Numbered from the stretch's first letter, positions 24,655-39,868 are shown. The stretch is DNA of 64,000 bases from Callorhinchus milii (GCF_018977255.1 NW_024704742.1:130202001-130266000); one strand, 5' to 3'. A program made the numbers and translations. Notes: generated from the sequence alone by a model not told the origin.

Positions 24655-26570
24655 AAAGACAAAGACATTCTGTCCATCTGTGACCAGGGCTCCCTTTGCC
24701 TCCTCGTCCTCCTTGACCTCTCTGCTATCTTCAACACCGTCGACCACTCTATTCTCATCCACCGCCTCTCCTCTCACCTCAACCTTCATGGTTTTGTCCT
24801 TGACTTGTTCAGATCGTACCGCTCACACCGCCTCCACTTCACCTTCACAAACGGTTTCTCCTCTATCCCCCGGAACATCTCGTGCGGCATTTCTCAGGGC
24901 TCTGTCCTTGGTCCCCTCCTCTTCAATATCTATCTGCTCCCTCTTGGTGACATCATCCGCAGACATGGAGTCAACTTCCATATGTATGCGGATGACACCC
25001 AACTGTACCTCTCTGCCTCCACCTTTGACTCCAGGATCACTGCTGTGCTGACAGAATGTCTGTCAGACATCAAGTTCTGAATGAGGGCTAACTTTCTTCA
25101 GTTGAATGTCAACAAGTCCGAGGCTCTCCTGATTGGGTCCCGTCAGCGTCTCCTCACCTCAGGCACTGACAGCATCACCATCCATGGTTGCACACTCCAC
25201 CTTCCATTGACCTTGCTAAACCAGTCCGGAACCTTGGGGGCTTATTTGACCCTTAACTATCCTTTCTACCCCACATCTGCGCCATGACACGCTCTGCCTT
25301 TCCCCACCTCCGCAACATCGCCCGACTCCGCCACTGTCTCACACCGCAGGCTGCCAAAACCCTCATACATGCTTTCATTACATCGAGTTAACTATGCAAA
25401 CTCACTGCTTGTCAGCCTCCCCAACTCCTCCCTCCATAGGCTGCAGATCTCTCGCTCACTAGGCACCGTGATCCTATCACCTCCATCCTCGCCCGACTGC
25501 ACTGGCTTTCCATCACACAGAGGATACAGATCAAGATCCTGGTCCTCACCTTCAAAGCCCTCCATGGTCTTGCTCCCCCCTACTTCTGTGACCTCCTAAC
25601 ACCCTACCATCCTGCTTGCTCCCTCCGCTCAGCGGGCTCTGGACTGCTTTACGTCCCCCGACTCGCTCTCCCTACTCTTGGCGGGTGGGCCTTCTGCCAC
25701 TCTGCCTCTACCCTCTGAACTCCATCCCGCAGTCCCTCCACCTTGCCCCCTCCCTTGCATCCTTCAAAACCCACCTCAAAACCCTCCTCTTCAACCGTGC
25801 CAGACTACGGCACTACCTCACCCCTCACGCTGCTGAAACTCTGGTTCACGCCTTTATCACCTCAAGGCTGGACTATGGGAAATCTCTCCTCGCCGGCCTT
25901 CCCGCCACCTCCCTCCACAAGCTGCAGGTCATTCAGAACTCTGCAGCTCGTGTACTGTCCCGCACCAGGCTTCGGGACCACATCACTCCCACCCTCGCTC
26001 GCCTCCACTGGCTCCCCATCCCCCAGAGGATCGAATTCAAGATCCTCATCCTCACCTACAAGGCCATTCACGGCCTTGCTCCCTCCTACCTCTCCAACCT
26101 ACTATCCCCCTACCTACCTGTCCGTACCCTCCATTCCTCCGGCTCCAGTCTGCTCCACGTCCCCCGCCCCAACCGCCCTACCATCGGTGATCGGGCCTTC
26201 AGCCTCTCAGCCCCCAGGCTCTGGAACTCCATCCCCCAGTGCCTTCGCCGCCTCCTCCCTTTCCTCCTTCAAGGCCGGTCTCAAAACCTTTCTCTTTGAC
26301 CGAGCCTTCAGCTCCCCTCTCGACTCTCTTCCCCCTCCTCGCTCCCTCCCTTCCCTCCCCTCACCCTGACCATTTCCCCCCTCCTTGCTCCCTCCCTTCC
26401 CTCCCCTCACCCTGACCATTTCCCCCCTCCTCGCTCCCTCCCTTCCCTCCCCTCACCCTGACCATTTCCCCCCTGCTCGGGTCATGACCCAACTGTGCAG
26501 CGCCTTGGGATGTCCTCCTGACGTGAAAGGCGCTTTATAAATGGAATCTTGTTGTTGTTGTTGTTATTGT
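24655..26570 (+). mobile_element. Two tandem L2 3' fragments, including a ~46-bp pyrimidine-rich triplication at about 26330-26475
   Basis: QGSVLGPLLF, YADDTQLY, SRLDYG...LARLHWLPIPQRIEFKIL, and a (TTG)n tail. Confidence 0.9.
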
Positions 26571-27444
26571 GCTTTTGATGTCCCTGCTTCCCCTCCTGCT
26601 CTCCATACTCCCCAACCCTGACCTCCTGCTCAGGTCAGAAACTCTTGTCTGTCCAGCACCTTGGGACGTTCTCCCGACGTGAAGGTGCTTTGTAAATGTA
26701 ATTATGTTGTTGTTGTTGTTGCATTCTACTCCATACAGGTAAACTTGAATTAATAGGTGGCATAGGTGCATATGTAAAACTTGGCCTGATTTGGATATTC
26801 TTGTCAGACCAAAATCAAAACCTTTTGCAGTTCAGGATTTTGCATTAGGTTCACAGAGGGTGGTGTTATGAGACAGTCTTCAGTGAGACAGGCCTCAAAT
26901 TCTACTTTTGTCTGAAAATTTAAGAGAGTGCAGAACTATCAAAAATTCTTAAATTCTGTCTGATTATGGAAGCAGATTTTCATCTAACTTACATCTAAGA
27001 ATTTTCAACAATTCTACCCCATCTCAACATTTTAAGACAAATGGCCTAGGGTTTAGAGAAAGTTTGGATCTTACATTTGCAGTGGTTTCAATGATTGAAT
27101 CTAATTGACGGTTTGTTGTACTGTATCATCTATTCGATGCCACTGTTTCTCAACAATTGGGCTAAGGAATGGACTGACCCAGTAATAACCTCCTGGACAG
27201 TTCATACAAGCAACCTCTTTAGATTTTAATCCCAATTTAGATCGTCCCCTCCCTTGCCTCCTTCAAGACCCATCTCAAGACTGTCCTCTTCCACTGTGCT
27301 TTCATCTCCCTGCATCCCCCATGCCTTCCACCCACTCCAACCCCAACCCCAGCTTGAGTCCGAAACACTGACTGTCCAGCACCCTGGGACATCCTCCCGA
27401 TGTGAAAGGTGCTATACAAATGTAATTTTGCTGTTGTTGTTCAT

Positions 27445-28610
27445 CCACCCTCTCCATTACTTCATCAAAAAAACTCTTTTATCAGGTTTGTTAGACACGA
27501 TTCGCGTTTAACAAATCCGTGTTGGCTGTCTTTTATTAACCCATATTTTTCGAAGTGAAAATTTATTTTGTTGCGGATTATAGTCTTTAGAAGTTTCCCC
27601 ACCATTGTCATTAGGCTGACTGGCCTGTAGTTCCCGGGTTTATTCTTCTGCACCTTTTTGTACAGGAGAGTAACACTTGCAACCCTCCAGTCCTCTGCAC
27701 CACCCCGGTGTCCAATGAGGATTGAAAGATTGTGGCCAGAGCCTCCATTATTTCCACCCTTACTTCCCTCAGTAACCTAGGATGCATCCTGTCTAGACCG
27801 AGTGACTTATCTACCTTGAGCATCAACAACCTTTTTAGTACCTCCTCTCAGTTTATTCTTATCTTATCCAATTTCTCTACCCTCTCATTCGATATTGTGG
27901 CATTGGCTGCATACTCTTCTTTTGTGAAGACAGATGCAAAGTACTCATTCAGTACGTCAGCCATGCCCTCTGCCTCCAAGAGAAGATTTCCCCTTTGGTC
28001 CTTGATTGGACCCACCCAACCTTTGACTAATCGTTTATAATATATATAATAATAACTCTTGCATTTGATATAGTGCTGTTCACATCATTGAGACATCTCA
28101 AACCACTTCACAAAACATACTGTAATAATAATAATCCTTGCATTTGATACAGAGCTTTTCACGACTTCTGGACGTCTCAAAGCACTTCACAGAATATACT
28201 GTAAAATGAGTTGACTATATATTTGTGTGCAAAACACGACAGTCGTGGATTGATTGACCAAATTGTTATTTTTTATTTATTTATTCTTTATATGCTTATA
28301 AAATACCTTAGGGTTCCCTTTTATGTTATCGCCTAATATTTTCTCATACAATTTCTTTGCCCCTTTTATTTCCTTTTTCAGTTCTTCTCTATACTTTCTA
28401 TATTCTATTTGATTATCTTCTGTACTTTGGACCTGACATTTATCATAAGCCTCCTTTTTCCGTTTTATTTTAATCCCAATTTCCTCAGTCATCCGGGGAG
28501 GTTTGGATGTCCTACCTTTCCCGTTTGTGGGAATGTATTTGTTCTGTCCCCGAACTATCTGCTCCTTGAAGACTTCCTATTGCTTGTTAGCTGTTTTACC
28601 GGCCTTTCTT
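27445..28610 (-). mobile_element. CR1-clade LINE internal fragment with SINE tails inserted
   Basis: PGNYRPVSL, SQHGFVK..SCLTNL and IKGNPKVFYKHIK. Confidence 0.85.
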
Positions 28611-29984
28611 TCCAGTCCACCTTGGCTAGCTCCCTTAAAATGTACCTCTTTGACTGCGCTTTCGATCAACTTTCCCCTCGCCACCCCCACTGAGCTCAGA
28701 TACCCAATCCAGCACCGTGGAGCGCTTTGAAACATCCTCTTGATGTGACAGGCTATATATAAATGTAAGTTGTATTGTATTTCAGACCGTGCAAAATTTG
28801 GCAATTTATTGAGCTCAGCTTTTTTTTAATATAGAAACTGTTTATATGGAACACTTAAAGGGAACTTATAGAAAACTAACTTCAACATTAAGTTTATTTA
28901 AGGTGAAATGCAAATTCTGGATGCTCTGAGAACTAAGAAAATACAGTAAATTTAGACTGAAGTGGAATTTCACCCCACCCCAAATCTAGTCAGAAATAAT
29001 CAAAATCATTGCTGTGCGCAATTAGCTGCCGTGTTTCGTCACAAAATACACAATCAATCCATTTTAAAATATAGTCTGTGAAGTGCTTTGAAACATCCCA
29101 ATAACATGACAAGATGCTATAATAATAATAATTGGGTCACTCAATCCAAGACTGTTTGTGGGATACTGCTGGGTGCAATTGGCAGCTGCGTTTTACCAAA
29201 AAAATACAGTCAATTCACGTTACAGTATATCCTGTGAAGCGATTTGAGATGTCTTGAAGACGTGATCAGGCACCTCATCAAACGCAAGGATTATTATTAT
29301 TATTAGTAGTATCATATTTCTTCTTAATCTGTTGTTTTCCTGGAGGTGTAAGATTCAGGTCTTCTATTGCTGCACAGAGAACAATCTTGAACAAGTAGCT
29401 CCACAAAGTACTGCTGTCTGTTATTTGAAGGTGTTGCAGGGATTAGGAATTGTGTCCATTCATGATTCAAAACAAATAACTCGCATGTTGCAGGATCCAT
29501 GATGTTGAAATGTCTCAACTTCACATTTAATTGCTATCACATTTGATTGCTGTGATGACTGGGGGCTTTTCTAGGCAAACAAAAATGTATGTCATGTGTT
29601 TTCATCAGTTAAGTGTTTGGAGAAGCCTGATCACTCGCTTGGGTTTACAAATAAAGGAGCAGATTCTTAGAATCCAGGGCACTCAGTATCCCCACCAATC
29701 AATCCCTTATTATTATCTTTATAAACTGCCCTTTGGACAACAACTTTCAGTTATGTTGTGCCCTTCCCGCGTAAACAGAGATTGTTGTTAAACGTTTGTT
29801 TGTAGCCTGGTTTCCAAGCCAACAATGCTCCCGATAACATTGGTCATTCACTTTATGATTGCTTGTGGCGCATTTTTTGTGCGTTTAAAGGCTGTTGCAT
29901 TTGCTGACAAAATCTACAATCACTGCACTCACTTCACGGTGAATCCTATGAAGTGCTTTAAGATGTCTCCCGATGTGAAAGGGC

Positions 29985-30130
29985 ATGGATTATTATTATT
30001 GCAACATGCCATGATTATTACATGCCATGATTATTATTATTGCAACATGCCATGATTATTACATGCCATGATTATTATTATTGCAACATGCCATGATTAT
30101 TACATGCCATGATTATTATTATTGCAACAT
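29985..30130. repeat. 41-bp tandem repeat, 3 copies plus partials, grown from a SINE tail
   Basis: Unit GCAACATGCCATGATTATTACATGCCATGATTATTATTATT at 30001, 30042 and 30083. Confidence 0.9.
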
Positions 30131-30526
30131 CAATAGCTGAATTTATATAGTGAGGAGGAAAACTTTCATACAGAGGGAAGTGAGTATATGGAACCCATGT
30201 GGAACCAAAGCAGATAGTAATACATGCATTTAAGAGGAAGTTAGACATAAATATGACAGAGAGGGAAACAAAAGGGTATAGGAGGGAGTAAAGAATGGGT
30301 GGAGACTCATCTGGAGTATAAACACAGACAAAGACTAGGCCGAATGGCCTGTTTCCATGTTTTGCAGTCTATGTATATCAGTGTAAATAGCGCTTTTGAT
30401 ATAGGATAGCATCTCGGAGTACTTTTATTAAAATAAATAATAATATCAAAAATAATAATGATAATTTGTTCACTCGATTCATGACTGTTTGTGGGACACT
30501 GCTGTGCGCAATTGGCTGCCAGGTTT

Positions 30527-31335
30527 CAACAACAACAATAAGATTCATTTGTATTTGTATAGCGCTTTTCACATCGGGAGGACGTCCCAAGGTTCTGGAC
30601 AGTGTACAGCTTTTCAGGGGGGGAGAAGGGAGGGGAAGGGAAGGGGGGTGCCTGATGACATGGTTGAAGAGGACGGTCTTGAGGCAGGACTTGAAGGAGG
30701 CTAAGGAGGGGGTGAGGCAGAGTGATTGGGGGTTGGAATTCCAGAGTTTGGGGGCAGAGTGGCTGAAGGCTCTCCGGCTAATGGTGGGGCGGGCGGGTGG
30801 GGGGACGTGGAGTCGGGCGAGAATGGAGGAGATGGGGTCATGGAGTTTGGTGCGGAAGAGGACACGGGCTGCAGAGTTCTGGATTATCTGCAGTCTGTGG
30901 AGGGAGGAGTTGGGAAGGCCGACAAGCAGGGCATTTGCATAGTCGAGCCTGGAGATGATGAAGGCATGAACAAGAGTTTCAGCGGCCTGAGGGGTGAGGT
31001 AGTGGCGGAGTCAGGTGATGTTATGGAGGTGAGGGAAGGCAGAGCGGGTCATGGCTCGGATGTGGGGGAGAAAAGACAGTTGAGGGTGGAACAAGACCCC
31101 TGGGTTCCTGACTGACTTGGTGAGTTGTAGTGTGCAACCATGGAGGTTGATGCTGCCAGAGCCTGAGGTGCTGAGGTGGTGGCACGAGTCAATCAGGAGG
31201 GCCTCAGACTTGTTCACATTCAACTGTAGGAAGTTTGCCCTCATCCAGGACTTGACAGGCAGTCTGTCAGGACAGCAGTGGTCCTGGAGTTGAAGGTGGA
31301 GGCAGAAAGATAGAGTTGGGTGTCATCTGCATAGA
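30527..31335 (-). mobile_element. L2-clade LINE 3' fragment
   Basis: Reverse complement of the 1480-2455 family ([18 protein letters not shown]). Confidence 0.85.
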
Positions 31336-33719
31336 TATGCAGTCCACAAAATACAGTCAATCCACTTTACAGTATATTCTGTGAAGCGCTTTGAGATGCC
31401 TCAACAATGTGATAAGCCGCTATATCAAATGCAAGGATTATTTTTATTATTATAATGGGAAGCCCTGTAAAAAACACTGCAAAATGATAGCTGGTAGGAT
31501 TAGTGAGTAACAACAACAAATTGCATTTATATTGTGCCCTTCATGCCAGACAGACTCATAATAGTCCCAGTATGAACTAAACAGCAATATGGGCACATGA
31601 AGAGTGCAGAGCACACTATATTACTATTGTCATCAGAATGTGATACTATTATTATGAAAGAAAACGAGTATATTTAGCACACTGGATAGCTTAAAGTAGC
31701 ACAGTATATTCTATCCTTTGCTCCCTCCGATACGCCTTGTATATTCCGTGCAAACAACTAGCACAGGAAGCAACAGACCTGGAAGTCATGATATCACAGT
31801 GATGTTACAACTGTATTTAATCTCCAAACACATCTATAGGTACAAACAATGATCTAAGGGCAAATGAAGTTCAATGCAGCTAAATGTACGTTGCTGCATA
31901 CAGGAAGTAAAGACAGAAGTCACATGTATCCCGTAGCTGGGTTACAACTTGTTCGTGGGAAGGCTGAGAGAAATGAGGGGATGTTTGTTGACTCATAGCT
32001 CACTACGTCAAAACAGTATAAGGCAGCAAAAACAAAAAAAAATGATATGCTCTTTTCTGCCAAAAGAGTTGAGTTGAATCCAAGCTGATCAGAGCATATT
32101 TATTCACCTCAGTCTTGAAGATGTGAATGGATCCACAGCCTTTTGGGGGAGAGAGTTCCAGATTTCCACTAAACTTTGCACTCCTAAATGGCTTAGCTCT
32201 AATTTTAAGACTATGCCCCCTTGTTCTGGATTCCCCCACCAGAGGAAATAGTTTCTCTGGATCTACCCCATCGAATCCCCTTAATATTTTAAAAACCTCA
32301 ATCATGAGATAAAGGGGTTGCCAAGATCCTAAAGGCAGTGCAGAGGAGAGCAGAGAGGATGGTCTCTGTGTTAAAGGAATGAGCTATTAAATAAACTAGG
32401 GTTCTTCAGCATTGAGAGCAGATGTATCAGAGAGGCATTACAGAGGTGTCTAAAATTTGTCTACAAATATATACTGTAAATTCACTTTACAGTATATTCT
32501 GTGAAGCACATTGAAAAGTCTCAAAGACTTGTTAAAGCGCTATGTCAAATGCAAGTATTGTTATTATAATTAATGACTAGAATGTGTTACTGGGAGGGTG
32601 GTTGAAACCAGGTTACTGGAATTTGTCAAGAAACAACGTAATGTTTCAATGGGTGGGCAGTATAAGAGTGGGTATTCTAGGAAGATGTGAATAAATGGGT
32701 GATTTTTTTCTAAATCTCTCCTGCGAATTTGTGACACAAATAAAAAACTATGTCTCAATATTATTTAATTAAGGTGTGGCATTGTGCTGATACTTGGTGA
32801 CTTCAAAAAGTGACAGCCTTTGGTGGAGTTGGAAGCGGTTACATTTGAGATCCTGTGTGCCAGCTCAACCATTGGCAGTCAAGTTGTCAGCCATTATGCC
32901 CTTACCGTTTTGGATCTCTTTGAATCCCTCCATCTTGACAACTCTCTGTCTTTAAAAAGCTTCCTGAAAACCTACCCATTTGATCATACACTTAAATAAG
33001 TCACTACACATAAATCCTATGAAGCAGTTTGGGATGTCCAATGTGAAAGACACTATATCAAATGCAAGGTTTATTTATTTATATTTATTTATTTAATAAC
33101 ATCTTTCATTATAGAGCTGGGTTAAGTCATGTTCCCTTTCTTTTACTTACATTCAACCGAAACAGAAGGGATGATAATAATAATCCTTGCATTTAATGTA
33201 GCATCTTATCACGTCTTCGAGATGTCTCAAAGCGCTTCACAGAATATACTGTAAAGTGAATTGACTTTAAAAATATATATTGATTGTGTATTTCCGTGGG
33301 TGAATCATGGCAGCCAATTGTGCAAAGCTGTGCTCCACAAACAGTCGTGGATTGAGTGACCAAATTATTATTATTATAATTTGCCAGCAGGAGGCAGGTA
33401 TCTCCCAACTTCTGGCAAGCAAAGTGAAAGGATTCATTCAAATCAGAGCACTAACTTAGAGAGGTACAACGGACTATGCTTCCTTCTTTCTGTGGACAGG
33501 TTTATGGCCTCCAAGGTGTAAAGGATTGAAATCTGGGTGGAGAATCACTGCTGTAGTTGACAGGTGTACAGTGCGTCCCAGTGTCCTGAGTACATTGTAT
33601 CCCACTTCTCCTCGAACAAGGCGTACATTACAATACATTAGAATAATAATAATCATTGCATTTGATATAGTGCTTTTCACGTCTTCTACACGTCTCAAAG
33701 TGTTTTGCAGAATATACTG

Positions 33720-34530
33720 TATATACAGAATAAACAGCACAGAAACAGGCCATTCGGCCCAACTGGTCTATGCTGCTGTTTATGCTCCATATGAGCCTCC
33801 TCCTGCCCTTCCTCAACCAAGCCTTCAAGCATACCCTTCTATTCCTTTCTCCCTCATGTACCTATCTAGCTTCCCTTTAAATACATCTATGCTATTTGCC
33901 TCAACAACTCCTTGCGGTAGCATTTTCCACGTTCCCACTACCCCCTGTGTGAAGAAATTTCTTCTAACTTCCCTATTTAATCTATTTGTGACTATTTTAT
34001 ATTGATGGCCCCTGGTTTTGCCCCAAGTGGAAACATCTTCCCTATGTCTATCCTATCAAAACCTTTCATCATTTCAAGAGAAAAGAGTCCAAGCACGGTC
34101 AGCCTTTCCTGATAGGTATAACCTCTCAGTTCTGGGATCAATCTGGTGAATCTCCTTTGCACCGTCTCCAGTTCTTCTACATCCCTTCTATAATGTGGGG
34201 ACCAGAACTGCACACAGTATTCTAAGTGTGGTCTAACCAAAGGTTCTATAGAAGTTTATCATAACTTCCCTGATTTTCATTTCTATCCCTCTAGAAATGA
34301 ACCCACTGCCTGGTTTGTCTTTTTTATGGCCTTATTAACCAGCATTGCTACTTTTAGTGAATTGTGTATGTGTACCCCGAGGTCCCTTTGCTCCTCTACC
34401 CCATTTAGGCTTTTAATTTCCCGGATGAATGTGACTTCCTTATTCCTTCTACCAAAATGTACCGCCTCACACTTTTCTACATTGAAATGCATTTGTCATT
34501 TAAATGCCCATTCAGCAAGTTTATTCATGT
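33720..34530 (-). mobile_element. CR1-clade LINE 3' fragment
   Basis: [19 protein letters not shown] and FNVEKCEAVHFGRRN. Confidence 0.85.
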
Positions 34531-37502
34531 GGGTAGGTGGCTTAATAAATAAATAATCCTTGCATTTGATATAGCACTTTTCACGTCTTCTCGATGTCTC
34601 AAAGCGCTTCACAGAATAGACTGTAAACTCATTATTCTGTTTACCAAACAGCTCCTTAACATCATTGCAACTGGTTCCCCATTTGCAAGAATGAAAGCAA
34701 AACTCAATTCTGGTACCAGCAAAAATGTGCAATTTGTTCACTTGGCAGTTTAATCGTGAAAAGTCTAACTAAGCACTATAGCCTAGCACTCGCCAAAATT
34801 GGGTGCTTTCCAAAGATTGAAACAAAGGAAATGTAAATAAATTCTACACTGCTATTTCCAACCGTATCATTTACATAAGGAAACAATAACAAAACTCTCA
34901 ACATGCAAGTCATGTGCAAGGAATAGCCTTTAATTGTGACGCTGGGTTATTTTGCAAGAGTGACAGCAATCAAAATAAGTTATGTTTTTACACTAAACTG
35001 AATGATTGTCACTTTTAATGAAAGCGCCTGTGCCAGTGGGAAGAATGACAAGCCAGTAACATCATAATAATAATAATAATGTTAACATTTGGTATAATGC
35101 CTTTCACACTGGGACTGTTTGTAGATGATCTTGAGGGAGTTTAGGTGAAAGATTCCAGAGTTATGAATAATCTGAACACTATATCATTTTCTTTCTGCTT
35201 CGATTATTCTCCCGGTTTCTTGGACAACAATCTTCCTGACAAAATATGTCATTCAATTCGTTGTTGTGTGTGGGACATTGCTGTGTACAATTTGGCTGCC
35301 ACGTTTGCTTACAAAAATACACAGTGACTACACTTTACACTAAATCCTGTAAAGCGCTTTGAGACATCCTCCCGACATGAAAAACACTATATCAAAGGCC
35401 AGGATTATTATTCATAATACTAAGTACAGTTGTAAAGGGTGAAAATGTATGATGACCATAATAATTTTGTGCCTCTTCCCTCCCTGGTATCACTACTGAC
35501 CTGTTCCTAACTTCCTTTCCAGGATTTCTCAATCTTCTGCTAATTTTCTTGGCAGTACTGATTTATTTTCCTAACCTTTGCCCCCTTCCCATCCATTCAG
35601 TACGTGACAATCTGGCTCAGTTGAGTTACTACTCATGTCAGAGTACCCTTACATCAGAAGGTTGCGGATTCAGTCTCCATGTTAGGACTTTGAACTCACA
35701 GTAAGGCTGACACTCCAGTACAATGCTGGGGGTGTTCTGCATTTCGGAGGTGCCGTCCTTTATATAACACACTAAACCCAGATCAAACCCAACAATCACC
35801 CAGATAAAATTGGTCATTCACTTCATGATTGTTTGCGGGATATTGCTGTGTGCAAATCTGCACACAGCATATACATTTGACTATAAAATAAATTCGACAC
35901 ACTTTACAATAAATCCCATGAAGCACTTAGAAACGTCTTCCTGACATGAAAGGCACTATCTATTATTTATATACCTTACTGCGCTCATTGTTTGTTACTG
36001 ACCATTTCCTTGCCAATTCGTTCTCTGGGTTTAATGCCTTGCCTGGCTTCTGATGATAATAAGCATATAATAATAATCCTTGCATTTGATATAGCGCCTT
36101 ATCACGTCTTCGAGATGACTTAAAGCGCTTCACAGAATATAGTGTAAAGTGTAGTGACTGTGTATTTTCTGGGCGAAACACAGCAATTGCCACATCAGTG
36201 TCCCACAAACAGTCGTGGATTCAGTGACCGATTTTTTTTTAACAGAATCGTTGGGACGTGGAATGCCCTGCCAAATAAGGTGGTAGAAGCAGAGTCTATT
36301 GTGGGGCTCAAGAGGAATGTAGACGGATACATGAAAGACATAGGCTGGAGGGAATATGGAGTATAGGGATTCTGCTGAGAGATGATGCAAACTTGATGGG
36401 CTAAATGCCCTCCTTCTGTGCTGTAAATTTCTATGATTGTTTTGCCTTGTTTCTAAGCCTGTGACTGCATCTCATTGAGGGCTGCCATGATTTAATAACA
36501 TAGCGAGGCAAACCACAATGGTATGAATGACCTAATCCTGTTCCAACGCTTCACAGAGGACACAGGACAGTAACGTACATTCATATTGTTCCTTTCAAGA
36601 AAAAATATAACTCAAAGCGCTTTACAAAATGCAGTGTCATTGATTTAGAACAAAATGAATAAAAATAATAATAAACCTTGTATTCGATAAAGTGCCTGTC
36701 ACGTCAGGAGGATGTCTGAAAGCGCTTCGTAGGAGTTCATAGAATATGCGTCAGCTTGGTTCAGTGGTGTGTTGTATCATTGCAGGTGCCATCCATTGGA
36801 TGATACATTAAACCGTCTCATCCGATGGATGGTTCAGGTGTGTTAATGATCCCGCGGCGCTATTCAAAAGAGAAGGGAGTTTCTCCCTAGGCCCTGGACA
36901 ATAATCCTACAAATAAAATTGGTCTCTCACTCCATGGCTTTTTGTGGGACATTGCTATGTGCAATTGGCTGCCACATTTCGCCCACAAAATACACAGTCA
37001 GTCCACTTTACATTATATCTTGTGAAGTGTTTTGAGACGTCTCAACAACGTGATGAATTGCGACATTGAATCCAAGGATTATTATTAATAATAATGCTGT
37101 TATAAAAGCAAACAGTAACTTGCACTTATATAGCACCCTCCAGCAGGGTAGCATCTCAGAGCGCAGAGCGAATCAAACAGACCTCAGTCCTCTCGCAAAC
37201 ACCCTAAACACAACTCTAATCTGCGGCAACAACTTGCCACAAACATGGGAAATACAATTATTGGAGGGTGTGTTTCTGTGTATCTTCACAATGTTTTCAG
37301 GCCTGAATTCTCTCGCTTGATAATATCATGTTAGGTGTGCGTGTCCATCAACACATTCCAAAAATACAGATATGTGTTTTTCGAAAAGGAAAATTACCAC
37401 ATTATTGCTACATACAGTAACATGGAAAAATACACCCAGGAAGCTGGGCTAATTTAAATAAACAGGTTTGGGAGGACTGCTTGCAATATTAAAATAATAA
37501 AA

Positions 37503-37835
37503 ATAATAATAATAATAATTCTTGCATTTGATATAGTGCCCTATCACGTCATTGAGACGTCTCAAGGCGCTTCACAGAATATATTGTACAGTATGTATTT
37601 GTGGGCGCAATGCAACAGTCAATTGCGTATAGCAGTGACCCACAAACAGTCGTGGATTGAGTGACCACATTTTTTTCTTGAGGGATTATTACCCCTGAAA
37701 AGCAATCCGACAATCGACTAACAACTGGGTAAACAGAGGAATGTGGAGTGAGGAAACTTGCCTAAGGTTTCGTCCTTGCCAGGAATCAAACCTAGGTCCC
37801 CTCGTTGCAAGGCGAGCACGCTAACCACTGGGACT
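37503..37835 (-). mobile_element. tRNA-derived SINE, older subfamily
   Basis: Divergent copy of the same head, body and tail. Confidence 0.8.
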
Positions 37836-37948
37836 TCAGATATTGTGGAAGGTTTCGATCAGATGGGCCAAAGACCCTTCTTCATTGCAATTCCTTTTGT
37901 GGAATTGTCAATTAGCAGGTGAAGCGTATTTCAAGGCGTTCCCAGGCA

Positions 37949-38226
37949 TGACTCATATTCTGCCACACACCAAGGTGTTTGTTGAACAAAAAATAACAAG
38001 TAGATTCACATGTTGTTTTACTTCGGCAGATTCAGTCTTGTGATGATCACTTGTTCCAGGAAGTAAAACTGATGATGTTTGGTAACTCTAAAATTCTTGG
38101 ATTTCCCCTGACACATGGAGCTGCACAGGCTCTTGCTCAATAATTGGGTGGAAATTTTGGTGCTTTACTATCAAGATCTGCAGTTATAAATACAGGGCTG
38201 ATCCCTTGTTCAACAGATATCATTTC
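37949..38226 (+). promoter_or_regulatory. Promoter of NOXA-like copy C
   Basis: AP-1 TGACTCA at 37949-37955, GAS TTCCAGGAA at 38054-38062, kB-like GGATTTCCCC at 38099-38108, TATAAATA at 38185-38192, and Inr-like TCATTTC at 38220-38226. Confidence 0.6.
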
Positions 38227-38358
38227 CCAGACAAACTACAGTGAACGTGTTAGTGTTAACTCCTGCTGCTGATCGCTTACAAACAGTGAAAGCAGATACA
38301 CATTGCTTACATTGAAAGGCGTTAAAGTGATCTGCGTCACATCCAGAGGACAGCAGCA

Positions 38359-38416
38359 ATGAAATCCTTTGCCGGTAAATCGCTGAAAAGGCAGGAAAGT
38401 CGCCCGTCTTCTCCAG
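38359..38416 (+). CDS. PMAIP1: NOXA/PMAIP1-like copy C, coding exon 1 (MKSFAGKSLKRQESRPSSP)
   Basis: First ATG after the TATA box, 19 codons plus 1 nt, strong donor CAG|GTGAGG. GKSLKR resembles the human NOXA GKKARK (recalled). Confidence 0.8.
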
Positions 38417-39868
38417 GTGAGGATTTGCAACTATTGTGTGCGTCTGTGTGTTTGTTGAGGGGGATAGAATACCTCACTGTTACTATACAGAAATTAGCAT
38501 TGGCAAGATCTGACCTTGGAAAACATGTATTTTTTTTGCAAATGAAAAATCACACCAGAAAGAAATAAGCTTTGTTTTTGTTCCTTTTTTTCAAATTTCC
38601 AATAATTGCAGTTTTTTGTTCATGTTTCTTTCACAAAACAATACTCTGCCACTGGAGATAAGAGAGTTTGTGAAGTGTTTCAAGTGAAAACAGGTAGACT
38701 CCATTCTGCTGTCTGCAGTGTGCTGAGTACTAGACTGGAGGACACACACACTCCATTGTATACAACATTAGAGTATTTGAACTGTTACAACAGCAAAAAC
38801 AATGACAACTTGTATTTATATAGCGCCCTCCACGCAGGGCAGGGTCTCGGGAGCACTGGTTTAAAAAGAAGACAGAAAAAACAGGCAAAAATGAATCATC
38901 AAAACCAGTCTTGTTGATCTCTGTTGCTGAGAGCAAGTGGCCATGATTTACTGCTCTGATCTGTAAATGATTAATTTACAAATTAGTATTGAGTGAAACT
39001 AAATATGGTAAAGATGAGGCTGAGGTGTCAATCAGGCTGACTGGGCGAAACCCTCCATTAATAGCTTCCTCTCATCTTCAGTCAGAGAATTCAGACTCAA
39101 CTCTGACCGACTAAAGAAAAAGTCTCCTCTCTATTGGTTTAGAGGCAGAAATTTCATCTACATTCACTCTTATTTTCTTAGCCTTTCAGAGTAGCCAGAA
39201 ATTGAAATTGTTAAATTTAGCCGGAACTCTTGAAGCCAATTTTCTCCAACTCTTAAAAGAACTTTTTCTTAAAAGAAAACGGCTTTAAAATTAACGCCTT
39301 TGTTGAAGAATTTGTTGAGTTCTGGAACTGTGAAATGCTGTGAAATAGAAATTTAGACTCTATCCTATACCAGTGATGTGCCCTGGTTCCACAATCACTG
39401 TGAACAAAACTGAGATTCTTCAGGCTAGTTATTTTCAAGACAATAGTCCGAGAAATTCCTAAATTTACTCCATATCATAACATTTCATGGCATCCAGAGC
39501 TTTTTTGCATTTGATATCAGCGCCTTGGGACATCCTCCCGACGTGAAAGGCGCTCTATAAATGCAATCTTGTTGTTGTTGTTGTTGTTGTTATCACATCG
39601 TTGAAACATCTCAAAGCACGTCACAGGATTTACTGTAAAGTGGATTAACTGTATATTTTATGGGTAAAATTGGTCACTCACTCAAATTATAGGGAACTGG
39701 GAAATGCTTGACGCTGACAATGAGTAATAAAAGCAAAGAAAGGTCAAGTGCTGAAATCCCTTGCCGCAGAGTCAGCACAAATGTCCCTAAAAATATATTT
39801 TTGACTGAGGTTAGACTGAGGTTTTGAGTTACAGGCAAAATGTCATGACGACAATATGTTTATTCCAG

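Noticed and set aside
29324..29791. Unique-looking short ORFs between copies B and C
   Set aside because: No BH3 motif or other recognisable domain in the frames read, and no convincing splice structure.
29985..30130. Regularly spaced repeats resembling a CRISPR array
   Set aside because: The units are identical and tandem with no unique spacers, the context is eukaryotic, and there are no cas genes.
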